From Rhodosorus marinus CCMP1338 (Eukaryota; Plantae; Rhodophyta): 64,000 nt of DNA. The stretch is taken from NCBI GenBank assembly GCA_029953675.1, contig JAMWBK010000003.1, forward strand, positions 3,038,001-3,102,000. The letters run 5' to 3'. The notes beneath the pieces are model-generated. The model was not told where the DNA came from. It searched no databases and saw only the letters and a program-made list of their open reading frames with translations. Numbering within the stretch: position 1 is the first letter of the stretch; every line of letters begins with the position of its first letter. Positions 47,812 to 60,100 of this stretch are shown here, piece after piece. A program made the translations under genes and the position numbers.

Positions 47812-48199
47812 TTTTAGGACTTCACGCAATAGATACAATTGCACTTTGAGAGCTGACCCGTCTAAAGACTTTCAGCTGTTGCCTCGCATCATGCATATAG
47901 AAAAACCATTAAATTGAGCTTGACAGTCTGTCAAACTCAGAAATGACCTGTTAGGACTCTTCGGGGAGGTTCTCACATGATCACTATGTCAATGCCAGAG
48001 CCAGAACTCTAACATCATGTTCAATCAATGTTTGTCAAATGATCAATCATCAAACTCCCAATATTGAATTATGAATATTTATCGGATTAGCAAGCGGTCT
48101 AGTGACCGCTTGCACTACCACGTGTTGAATCATGACTACGTCTAAAATCGACAGGCTGTCCTATATAATCTAATGGTTTTTCGGAAGGCCCAGCGTCGG

Positions 48200-48640
48200 A
48201 GTGTTTGAACTCCTGACATTCAGAAGAAGCTAATGCACGGGTGCAGTATCGTTGTGTCTGACCTAAATGCGCGTTGCAGTGAGTACATTGACCTCTCCAT
48301 CCCTTGTCCTCAAGCGACCAGGTACCTGCCTGCGTCCGCTCGGCGTCAAGGAGCTGCAGCTCGGTCCATGCGGCATGTGAAAGAATCGCAGTACGCGGCA
48401 GCGATGTCAAACCCTACTTTTCGCGATTCGGCCGTGACATACCGGCTTGTCCCCCTCATTATTGAATGCTTTGGCTTGATAGATAGTGTAGGTTCTCGCT
48501 GGCTGCGAGGTATATTTCGCAACGACCTAGGGCGTCTAGATAGTCTGCTCCCGGAGCTTTCTTTGACCCTGTGGCGCTCAAATGCTGCTTTGTTTGTAGA
48601 CGCGCGTCATCAGCGTCTTGTCTCTCGCTTCTCAGGGTAG
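48200..48640 (+). mobile_element. 5'-truncated non-LTR retrotransposon (CRE/R2-type, restriction-like endonuclease C-terminus)
   Basis: TPDI...IDLSIPCPQATRY...GAAA...KESQY...RLVPLIIECFG...LSLTLWRSNAA, matching the PD..D..K..Y RLE pattern and the CRE-type ending. Confidence 0.75.
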
Positions 48641-48699
48641 TTCGGCTCTGAATAAGCGTGAAGGAAGGTACAATATCCTGAAAAAGAAGATTGAAATCC

Positions 48700-48922
48700 A
48701 ATCAATAGCTCGTTGTTTGAAGAATACCCGACACCAATCAGTTGTTCTAGGACCGTTATCGGACGAAAGTTCTTTTTGTTTTTTTAATTCAGGCCGATAA
48801 ACGTATATCAGACTCGAACCATCGGATAAACTTAGGTAATTACTGTCCAATAAATTTATGTTGGACCGTTGGATATCAGACCCTGCCGCACGTTTTTTTA
48901 TTGGGCGGATTTGGCAACCCTA
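48700..48922. mobile_element. Possible hAT/MITE right end
   Basis: Ends TGGCAACCCTA (reverse complement TAGGGTTGCCA, a common hAT TIR) with short CGGA/GGACCG motifs internal to it. Confidence 0.3.
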
Positions 48923-50151
48923 CAGGTCTTAGTTTTCATGGTAGAACTAACAAACTGATTGGAACCCTGCTCGCGAGGAATGCTTCGAAACAATCAATTA
49001 TTATAATTTTAGACTCGGATAGGACAGAAGTAAACCAAATATAGCAATAAGGATCATAGATTTCCAAAGCAGTCCTGGTTTCCGCAGAAAACTGCCTTGA
49101 GAAAGAAAATCCTGTTGTGGGGTTGATATCGGGTCGATTCCCCCGCTCTTCCACTTAAAAAACCATAAAAGGAAAAACAACACCCGATGAGGGAGCTAAA
49201 CATACATCTAGTACCCCCCTTGAAGGTCTGAGGAAAACAGCAGATTCACAAAGCTCCGAAGTTCGGCCGGAAGGCTTCTGTATTCGCGAAGAAAAATAAC
49301 GCCATTGGTTCTGACCAGTCCAGGATATCTTCCTCAGGAGATATTCCACACTTTAATCCAATGGTCTGCTTCCGAGTTTCACACAACCATCCCATTATGA
49401 CAAAATCCTAAAATTTTAACCCTAGAAAATATTTGGATAACCAATAAAAAACAGCGATTCAGATAAAGCTTAAAATATTTTAAAAGGTAATATGCATACA
49501 ATATATTTGTAATTATTAAACCACGTTGATTTTTATATTATCAAAGTAGTTTTTATGACCAACTTCCACCTCGCTTTCGTGCATCCCGCGAAGATCAACA
49601 GGTCTCCATCCTCATGTAAGGTTGCGGCCCTAGTAAATGCCGTGTTTTGATAATATTTGCAACGTTTATGAAGGAACATTGGCTATTTGGGGGTTGGAGC
49701 TGGATTTGGCTCAAGTTCACTTCCTTTCGAAGCTGTTGGAAGGATTTCGAAAATGCACGTTCTCGTATTGTAGAAGATCCGTTTATTCAGAGGCTAACTA
49801 CGCTGAGAAGCGAGAATTATTATATGTGAAAAGCGGGAACGGATGTTCACAGGATTTGGTGGAGCTTGGTGGGGACGGAATGCAATGGGGAGGAGAGAGG
49901 AAGAAGGGATTGTTGAGGGATTTGGAAGTATTTAATTTGAGTTCCAACGTTTGGAGGAAGTGTGGAGCTTGATCTGGCTGTTTGGATTTTTGAAAGGAAT
50001 GGGGCTTTAGGTTGGGATTATTTTTGCGGAAACAGGGCGATGGTTGATATGCGTCAACTAGGTTCGTTGGGTTTAAGGTACTTTGTTTGGTTTTGAGGAG
50101 CTGGAGTGAGGTGGAGGGTGCCGTTGTCCTGGCGTGTTTGCAATAGGAAGC

Positions 50152-51760
50152 ATGAGGCGCCTTGGGTTTGTTGGCGGGGTTGGTTTTGGAGTGTGTGTTT
50201 CGTCCTCTGGGAATCTGTGCTCGAGGCGTGTGTGGAGGTCTTCGGAGCAACCTTTGGATGAGAAGGCCGTTAATCCAGGCGTCGATATTGAACCCGCGGA
50301 GGCGACTGGTTATAGTATCGTGAACTCCTGGAGGGAGCCACCACTAGTGCCGATTGTGGATGTCGATGGCCGATCTGAGCTGATATCGAATTTTTCGGAG
50401 AAGGCTTGGGGAACAGTTAAGAAGCAACTTGCTGATGGAATGTCTGACGAGGAAAAGAGGTACGAAGCCCTTCCCATGCGCTCGATTCGAACCCCAGACT
50501 TGCTGACTGGTTCGTTTTTTCTTTTTGGATATTCTTAGCTCGCTGCGGTCAACGTTTAGACAAGTTGTTGATTATGAAGAAAGTGGCATATTATCCGTGG
50601 ACTACAACACGAAAATTGCCAAGTTAGCCGGAATTTTGTCCATTTTAAGCACTCTCAATGCCGATTTGGAAACGCTGCAAGGGGCTATGGTTTACTCATC
50701 CATCCAAGACAGTGTAAATATGGAAGCGGAAATAGATTCTTTGGCCACCAAGGAAAGCGTCCAGACAATAGTAGACGATGCGCTATGGTTGGACGCGCTA
50801 CCTTCGTCACTTGAACATCTGGATGACGACAATGCGAAAGTCTTGCGGGAGTACGTGATCGAAGCTGCTGAGGAACCCCGAGCGGTACGCGTTCCTAAAA
50901 TGCGTTTCTGAACGCACGTTGCTAGTCCGAGTTGCGATCCTCTACTAATTCAGATTTACACCCTAATTCAGGTGCTGGTTAAGTTGGCGGAAGTCTTGAA
51001 TACGATGAGGAACGTACAAGAGCTCCGTATGTATGAACAACATATTCGTGCTTTGGAGTGCCTGCAAGTTTTCGTGCCACTCGCGCATGCGATGGGAGTT
51101 GGGAAGCTGATGTGGGACTTGGAAGACATTAGCTTCAGGGTACTTTTTCCCGAGTCATATGCGGCTGTAGAAGAGTGGCATTCGTTGATGTGGAGCAGAT
51201 GCGAAGCGACGTTGGAGAGCAGCACAAGAACTGTACGCCGAAAGCTGATGAAGAGTGGGCTGCTGAAAGAGTATACAGTAGGGTTTGACATATCAGGGAG
51301 GACGAAGAATTTGTTTTCGACCTTCAAGAAAGTTCTGAAGGGGAATAAGAAGAGGGAGGAAGTCCTGGATATTGTAGGGATGCGTGTAATTCTCAACGTG
51401 AAAGAGGAGTATCGCCACAACAGGGAGTTCTGCAGGAAAGCCTGTCTGGAAGTCCATAGGATTATTAGTGAGGAATGGCCGGAAATGGAGGGACGCCTGA
51501 AGGACTACATTCTGAAGCCCAAGCCAAATGGCTACCAGAGTATTCACACAACTGTAATAACATCGGACGGACTGCCGTTGGAAGCTCAAATACGAACGCA
51601 GGATATGCACAACGCGGCGGAATATGGCAACGCCGGACATCAGTTCTACAAGGGAGACCTGAAGAGTGTGGATGAAGTTCAAAGATTTGCAGACAGTCTT
51701 AGAAACGAGAACATGGCAATGCTGCAACTGCCTGCTGCCCGTGAGGTTGTTGCGCCCTAG
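50152..51760 (+). CDS. RSH: Plastid-targeted RelA/SpoT homologue with intact (p)ppGpp synthetase and degenerate hydrolase domain, 3 exons
   Basis: Synthetase motifs SGRTKNLFS, DIVGMRVI, KDYILKPKPNGYQSIHTTV and EAQIRTQDMH...AEYG.AGH..YK. Upstream HD-domain positions are substituted. Confidence 0.9.
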
Positions 51761-52017
51761 ATGGCGAGGAAATCTGTGATGGGCTCCTTTGTTTATATGT
51801 GATCAAAACCTAAATTTAAGTATCTAATAATTAGTAGGATAGGCAATATGTATATAGGTGTTCCTGGAAGAGTAGAAATTAAAAAAGTGAAGGTTCACTC
51901 CAGTTAATGTCGAAGGGGGGGCAATGATCATGCCTGTGGCCCGCTGTCTTCCAGAAGAATCGCAAGTCGGCGGTACGGGACAGCAAGGAATCGATCATCG
52001 AAACTTCCCCGGCAGGT

Positions 52018-53380
52018 TCACCCCTTTTTCTTCTCGTCTGCAGACCCGTTCGCGCCTTCCTCCGCGGATCCTTCAGGAAGTTTGTCCCCTCCATCACTCT
52101 CATTCACGTTCTCCTCAGGCGACCCTTTCGCTGGTATGTCCTCGCCGGTCCTCTTCTTGGTGGTCTCCTCAGTCGACCCTTTCGCCATCCTTTCCTCTCC
52201 CGCACTCCCTTGGGTGGTCTCCTCCGGTAAGCCTTTCGCTGGCTTGTCCTCGCCGTCGCTCTTTTTCTTGGGTTGCTTCTGCGATTTCACAAGCTTACGC
52301 TTATCTTCGGCCAATTTGTCTTTTTCAGAGCGCTTTTCTTGTTCATCGTTGAGCATCTTCAGGTACTTGGAAGTGATAGTGTTCTACGGCCCAGAGATGA
52401 GGATTTTTAGTACCGACTATATTTTCTTTTGAACATAGTAGAGCATGTTTCACCGCAAGATATTTGACTCACCGTTGTTGGATCTGAAGACTCGGTTTGA
52501 CTGCGAGGATTCCGATAAAGGGCTGTTCCTGTCTCCTGAGCTTTTCTTATCCTCAATCCAATGTCAACGGACTCACCAAATGGAAATTCCTTCTCAAATT
52601 CCTGGTCATGACATGAAGTCACAAATTCTTCCCTGCTTAGAGACCGGTCGAATAGTCATCGGATGACAGAACAAGAAACGTACATCCATGAATCGCTTGA
52701 GTGGGAATATCGGATCGGTAGGGTCAGTGTTATCAACGGGCAGCTTAGCATCAAAGTCTGGCGGATCTCTCCCTACTGCCTAAGGAACGCGAATCGCAAA
52801 AAAAGTTTTTGATTGAGAACAGCTAGCCTGGATATTTGCGGTTCGGGAACAAGCTCACCAATATCTCCTTCTGCTTTTCGGTATGAAATAATATCACGTT
52901 ATCGTTGCGCATGAAATATTTCTAGCCAGCGGAATCATGAAGGAACGGCGCCAAAAAAACAAAGACGAAAGGACAAGTTAGTGGAATTCGCTTTCCCCCA
53001 TCGATTGACAGTCATGTGTACAGCGCTCACCCGTACATCCTCCAACATTTTTAGGTTCATAAAAACTGTGGCAAGACGAAGAACAGACCATGGAAGGCTA
53101 GATCAGGCGTATGAAGTTACAAAAAGAAACACACGAAGACTGGAAGTTATCAAAACGTACCCCCCCAGTTTGTGTAGTACCCTGCGTAGTGCGATTGTCC
53201 CTTGTAGATACGCCTATAGGTAAACTTTCGCGGACCATATCCTTTAGCACCAAGCGCGTCTATCCTAGCAATCACAGCACCAAATTTGACTAGCTCGTCC
53301 GAAATCTCGATCAAACACTTCTTCAGACCCTCTTTAGACACCCTGGCCTGACATACCGTCATGATCTCATAGTACGGCAT
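52018..53380 (-). CDS. RPS6: Mitochondrial ribosomal protein bS6m with a long charged C-terminal extension, ~7 exons (by-eye model)
   Basis: Exon 1 MPYYEIMTV...FGAVIARIDALG...YRRIYK GQSHYAGYY. In-phase exons VFMNLKMLEDVR|KYFMRNDNVILFHTEKQ, then short exons joining ORF 52018-52356. The bS6 core is secure; the tail linkage is less so. Confidence 0.7.
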
Positions 53381-54296
53381 CTTTCCTCTTGTATTTCACT
53401 GATCTATGAAGATTGCACGGTCTAGTTAACTACAGATAGATATAATTAAGCTATAAAACATTGCAAAGAGTCCATCACCATCATTGCTTTCACCCACTCC
53501 AGTGAAAGCTTTGGCACTCCAAGCTCCATGCTTGCACTGATCGCGTGCACAACATCGACGCCGATCCACTTTCTCTTAGAGAGTTAGTAGTAATATAGTA
53601 ACCAATGGAAAAAAAGCGCAAACCCGTTCCATTGGACAAGAGACACGTATTTTAGACCAATTAAACTCTCTTAAAAATAGTATATTATAGATAGTTCTAA
53701 AATACATAGCAAGAAAACCGTCTGTATTGACTTCTTTCTGACAAAAACTTGAATTAGATTTTTATTGGATAATGTTATCATTGGTACAGCCAATGAAGTC
53801 GTCCATCTTGACTAAAAGCTTTTGAAAAAGGAAATAAAATAGTAATAAATATTTTCTATGTTTCTCGAATATTTTGAGTAGTTGCGACAGGTTTCTTTTT
53901 GCTGCCCTTTGGACCGAGAGATTTCTCTAGTTAAAGATGAATATTGCCTTGAAAAAAGTCGGAAGTGATTAGGAAAATGTGTTTTGGTAATTTTGTGCGA
54001 CCATATAGCCCAGATTATTGTTATATCTTAAATATGAGTCTTAGTTGGATTTGTTTTAGGTTACACTGGAATTAGGAAATTATGAATATGGGCATTATTA
54101 GTTGGGGGGGGGGGGTAATGAGTTTTGCAGGGAAGGAAGGAAGGGCTGCTGCGAGAGTTTGCGTTGGTTTTGATAATGCTTTTGAGGTTCTTTTGAGGTT
54201 CCTTCCAGGTTCTGTTGAGGTACTATTGTTTCTGATTAGGGTTGGCTTTCTACTTCCTGAAGTACTTGGGTTTGGGGGCTTCCTGCGTTAGTCAAG

Positions 54297-54720
54297 ATGA
54301 GCCGTAAGTGGTTTGGCGCAATAGACTTTTTTTGGTTTCGTTTTTCTTCTTTGAGGGTTCTTTCTCCGTTTCGTGAGGTTTGCTCTGGGACGTCCATGTT
54401 TTTCTTTTACTGATTCTGACCAACTTGTGTCTATTGTTCATCTTGGTGTAGGTGGAAATAAGCGTGACGTGGACAGAGAGAGAGCGAAGAAAAGGGCTGA
54501 CGCGAACTCTAAGGGAAAGAAAAACAAGGGAGAGGGGAACCAGACACAGGCCCTGGCCAACAAGAAAGAAAAGTAGGGACTCATATAAGTAGTTGAGTAT
54601 TTGAGTCTCTAGTAACTAAACCATTTGTCTTGAATTATTTCTTCCACTTCTGTTAGGGATGCGGAGATTATGAGACAGAAGCAGCTGAAGAAGCAAGCAG
54701 CCAAGGAGGCCAATGCTTGA
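54297..54720 (+). CDS. SERF: Small EDRK-rich factor (SERF/4F5 family), 3 exons
   Basis: Spliced product MSRGNKRDVDRERAKKRADANSKGKKNKGEGNQTQALANKKEKDAEIMRQKQLKKQAAKEANA*. Confidence 0.9.
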
Positions 54721-55849
54721 GATGGACTGTGCTCGTAACTTAATTCCTTTGTTCTCCTCTTTCCCCCATATGATGACAGAAAGTCAAGGCGCCGAGTGCC
54801 GCGACCCTGCTCGAACGAAAGCCTTGCGCCCCCGTTGAACCCCGTAGCCCGTAGCAAGTGGTTTGCAGGAGAACCTAACGACGAACAGCAAATACTTGCA
54901 GTTATTAAAGGGAGAAAAGACTTGTTGACAAGGCACCTTTGAATCAATATCCAGACTCGCAGGACCTCGACGAAGGTTTTTAATCGTTACTAGGGCCATA
55001 GCAGGATTGCCGTGTGCCTTATAGCTCTTTCTTAGTACTCGTCAGCAGCTTGAACCAGTCGCCAAGATGCTGTATTCATTTATCTACGGCAGCAATCACA
55101 TTCACTTTCCAGGGTTTGAATCCTTTTTAAAAGGAAGTAAAATCTTCGCGAGAAAGTACAAGCCCGCTTGCTCAATGACTGGAGTAGCATGTTGGTTAGA
55201 CAGTCGGTGTCATTGAATACATCGAATTTCTCACCTTCTCGAAAGGCAATTCCAATCTGTTAGACATCTAAAATCTGGAGCTGTTCAACTAGATACTGGA
55301 TGGGAAGATGACGCTAGAATACCAAAACACACCATAAGGAGAATCTACTCTGAAAAGTAACACGAACAGAATCTGTGCAGTTAGGAAGAAGTCTTTGGAA
55401 CAGCTTCTGAATTTGCAGCTCAGTTCTCTGCGGTCATGGGGGTGCCCCACCACCCTACCTGGAAGGGGTACCACATAAAAGAAATATGAGTTCAAACAAG
55501 CGTAATAAACAGTGTAAAAAAAGTCCATGGTCAGTTGACCTTAAATACGGTGTAAAAATCGTAAAACTCTAAAACTATAAAAAAGGCTAAACTTTTCAAG
55601 AGGGTACTACATAAAATTGGAGTCCCCTGCCTTGTCCGCGGACATAGTGCCCTACGGCGTGGACTACGCTGGGTACCCTACCCAAATCTTCTCCACATTT
55701 AGGATGAGTTTGGTGCAACGGCCATCAGAATGCTGCGAATCAGTTTGTAAATTATGAAATTTGATCACCAAGAAAGTGGGGGATTTTGTAAACTTTTAGT
55801 TGGGAAATGGAACTTAATTTGAGAGTTGGTATTTGAGCTCGAGTTAGGG

Positions 55850-57113
55850 ATGTGGAGGAGTCTGAGGGTGAAAAGGTTGGCATTGGACATGAAGATGGAG
55901 TCTGTATTACAGGATCCATCAAGTTTTGAATGGGTAAGAGGGAAAACACCTCTTAGCTCTCCTAAATGGCTCCTCGGTGCGTGGATGGTTTACCCCGTTG
56001 TGGTGCTATCCTTTAAGCACTTTGCGGGAAAACGTGAGAGGGGATTTTCGAATAGCGGAAAGCTCACTTCATTTTCTGCAGTTCATAACCTATGGTTGGC
56101 GATCTGGAGCTTGATCATGTTCGTGGGAGCGAACGTTGAGCTCTACAGGTAAGGCGATCTCGACAACTCTCGCAAAATCCCGTTCGAAGTGGACGAATGG
56201 CTCCAGAAAACTGCTGGACATTTTTGCTGAAAAGCGAATGGCTCAACGATCCTGAATCTCAACCCATCAGATACGTAGCCAGCGAAGGACTTAAGGGAGT
56301 ATTCTGTACCCTGTCTTCGTCTCGAGTTCCCAACAGAATTTACTACTGGATGTACATATTCTACATATCAAAGTTCTACGAGTTAATTGACACGGTTATC
56401 ATCGTTGCCCGGAAACGCGAGTTAACTTTGCTTCATGTAATTCTTTCTATATCATCACCAAACTGAGTTCCACGGAAGCCCGGAGCACCGCGAAAAAGAA
56501 CAGAAACTTCGATGAAACTTTTCTCTAACAAAGAATCCTCGACTCCATGGCTTATGAATAGGTCTGGCATCATAGCTCCGTCATCTTCGAAACGTGGTTG
56601 TGGATAGATCAAGGATGGACACACGCCTCAATTGTGAGTAGTTTCGGTCTCATACCTCGTCCTCGTGTCTTGCTTAACATGCAAAATCCCTGTCATCTAA
56701 CGTCTACAAAAATCTCATGTGCGTCAGGGAGTCTGGTTCAACACACTAGTGCACATTTTCATGTATTCGTACTTTTGCGCCTCGGTTCGTTTCGTTCGCT
56801 TCCGGATTTGTCAATTCCGAAATGACCTGTGGATACTTATCATTGTGGTGGATCATTTCGTTTCGTCATATGCCTGCAGATACTGAAGATCAAAGTCCCG
56901 TGGCGAAAGCACATAACGCAGCTTCAGATCGTTCAGTTCATTTCTTCCTTTGTCCTGACGATCCCCCACTTGGTTTTGCAGATCCAGTCTGGTTGGAAAT
57001 GCAGTGGACGAACAGCGCTCTATGCGAGCGTCTTCTTCAATATGACGTATTTGATTCTTTTCATCAGATTCTATGCCACCAATTATCGCACATCAAAGTC
57101 CAAGACAGGGTGA
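55850..57113 (+). CDS. ELO: ELO/GNS1/SUR4 fatty acid elongase, multi-exon
   Basis: Motifs HNLWLAIWS, YISKFYELIDT, LH|VWHH (HxxHH), FMYSYF, ITQLQIVQF and YLILFIRFY. Confidence 0.93.
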
Positions 57114-57117
57114 CAGC

Positions 57118-60100
57118 CTATATCCTGAAGTTGAGCAGCTCGAGCCATTGCTTTAGACAGTCACCGATAACCTCAGGGAGCAACTCCGTGTTGCTGACGA
57201 TCGCGTAGAATGGGAATGGAAAGTCATCTAGATAGGAATCAAGATGCATCTTTCCGTCTTTGAAGATGGCCTTCTTTACGTTTCTCACTGACTGCTTTTC
57301 GTCTTCAGCCTTGTCAATGAGAAAGAAGGCGATCACCTAGGAAACGTGGAGCATGAGGAGGGAATACAAAGTAAATACGATCCAAGATGTTCCCGTTCAG
57401 TAACCAAGTCCCTGATATTCAAAAGCTGCAACCTCACCTGTCTCTTCGTCGCCGCCTCTCGAACGAGGCTCTGGATTCTCTCCCGGTCATCAAGCTTTCC
57501 ATCGGATATGATGAGCAGGAGCTGAGCCAGCTCTGCGTCGGGGTCCAAGCTCGTGCCTCGCGCTTCATCCAAGACTTCCAGAGAAAATTCGAGCATTTCC
57601 CTCATGTTGGTCTCTTTCTGTTTGAACGTGAGCGACGACACAAGCTTCGGCCCGTTTGGCCCCATTCCGGCATCAAGCTTGTGCAGCAGTTTGGCATTCG
57701 TACCAAAAGATTCGACCCCAACTCTTCCAACCTCTAGCCGGCTAAGTGCGCTGGACAGCAGAGCGAGCGCCTCCAACGCCATGGTGCCAGCACCTGATTC
57801 CGCCATGGACTCAGAATCATCGACACAGATGAGCACATCGTAGGCTCTCTAAACAGCAGTTCAGGCATTGAAATCGACAAAAAGAAACCAAAGATCAGAA
57901 AAACCAAGCACTTCTTTTCCGTCAGCTTGTGAGGACATTCCGTTTCTCATACCTTGTCTGCCTTTGTTCGACGGAGCCAAATTCTATCTCGCCGATAGTC
58001 GGAGGCGATGAACTCAATGACTCTACGCATGCTTAGCCTTTTTCCGGTGCGGTAGTCGCCCTCCAGTCGAGACGCGAGGGTCGGTTCGAGCAGAAGTTTC
58101 AGTTGCTCGCAGAGCAATCCAGCGGCCTGTGAAGTAACCTGCTCAAGCCGAGTCCATTCCTTCTGGGCCCTCTCGTGACTAATCATGGCATTTTGGGCGT
58201 CCTCTGTATCTTCTCGCCGCGCGTGCATCTCTTCATCCTCGTCCATCGCCGGTTTCTCTTCTTGGATTAGCCTGACTTTCGAGACCTCGTTGGCGGTACC
58301 CTTCATAGTCCACGATTCATCAATCTCCATGTTGGTGGGCTCTACCTTTTCATTCCTTTCTGCGTCGTCGCCAGTGTCCTCAGATTCGCCCTTTTCGTGT
58401 TGGTCTCCAGTAGTCGGATTGGGTTTGGAAGCTATCGCTGTTCCGTCCGTTTCATCCTGAGCCGCGGACTTCTCTGGCTCTTCCTCACGTTTAGCTCTTC
58501 GCTGATTTTCATCCTCCTCTTCAATCCCTGCATCCTCCATCGGTGCGTGCTGATCATCTGTAGCTTTTCCTACTCCGGCTTCCTCACCTTCGTCGTCAAA
58601 CTCGGCAGCGCCAGGAGCCGGTTCATCGTTCTTGTGATGCTCCTCAGGCTCCTCCTGAGATTGAACTGCTTTCTTCAGCATTTCGAACCTCTTTTTCCAA
58701 CGGCTTTCAAGCTCCGGAGCTGGCACGCGACCAGGATTGACGTCATCATCGGCCTCTCCCGTCACCTCCTCCTCCTCTCCTATACCGGACTTGGACGTCA
58801 AAGTTTTCGGTTGCTGGTCAGTTGCTGCGCCTGAAGATGTTTGATCTCGCTCGCCTTTGTTTCCTTGCTCATCCTCCAGCTCCTCCGTGGGTTCTTTCTC
58901 TGCTCCAGTGGTCGCGTGCTTAGAGCCACTGCCATCATCAAGTTCCATGTCCTCGTCTGCGTCCTTGCTCTGATTGGGCTGAGTATTCCGAGGACGTTCG
59001 TCATTCTCCGAATCTGGATCATCTTTTGGAACTTCGCCTCCGAACGCGAAATCGTCATCATCTCCGTCCTCATCAATATCCTTTTGGCTTGTATTTTCGC
59101 CGTCCTGTTCTTGCATTTCCGCATCTGAGCCAATACCATCATCTCCTTCTTCCCCAGAGCCCAGGCTGCTGTCCTTCTCATTCAACACATCCGCTTCATC
59201 CGGTTCCGTACCAGAGGCCCCACTTTCGCCGTCAACCTCCATAGTCCCCGGAAACTACCAAGGAAACAAAGTAAGCAGAAAAGAATCAGCGCAAGAATCA
59301 TAATCCTTGTAGCAACCACAGCTTTTAATAACTCACCTCCTGTGGTTCTTCATCCCCTGGGGGTTCCTCGGTATCCATCTTAAAGTTGGATTCTGCCGGA
59401 ACTTCTTCCTCGATCTGTGGATCATTATCCCCTTGCTCATCCGGTGCTCTATCGTCCAGCTTTTCACGATCTTCTTCCTGTTCAAGCTTGGGTTCATCCG
59501 GTCCATCGTCGACTGAATCATCCTTTCTTCCAATTTCACTTTCTTGCTGCTGAGTTTGAACACTTTTTCCCTTTTCGACCGTATCGTCCTGCTCTTCATT
59601 CTCATCCTTGTCCTCATCCTCCGGACCCCATAGCTTCTCGTCAATCTCTTCCTGCTTGTCCTCATCTTCACCGAACCTCTTCTCAAGTTCTTCGTCTTCA
59701 TCTGACTCGTCCGAGTTCTCATCCTCTTGCTCCTCATTCTGCTGTACTGTTTCCATTTCTCCTTCAAAATCGTTGCTCATTTCGATTCCAGCCACAGTCG
59801 TTTCCGGCTGATCTCCAGGGTTTTCCTTCTCCTGTTCTCCAGTGGCCAGGTTGTCGAGCTCACCTTCATCCTTGATCTCCTTGCTAACGTCTTCCGCTCC
59901 ACGAGTATCTCCGGCCCCAACATCTCCCATTCCAGTTCCTTCTACTTCGCGGTCGTTTCCTTCACCTGTAAACAGCACAAATCGGCCTCTGTCAGTGACC
60001 GACAAGAACCCTTACACTCTACGACATGCCGTGGGGCTCTATTGGGACCCTGAGACCCTTTTGCGCAAGGCCCTCTAGTTAGTTCAAGTTGAGTTGCGCA

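Noticed and set aside
40830-48920. 11-bp inverted match GGGTTGCCAAA/TTTGGCAACCC as the ends of one 8-kb gene-carrying transposon
   Set aside because: No 8-bp target-site duplication, and such a match at this distance is expected by chance. Treated as two independent relics.
48936-49154. Minus-strand ORF containing RPDI and IIIDCF as a second RLE fragment
   Set aside because: Only two short motif resemblances in AT-rich sequence; the other RLE residues are absent.
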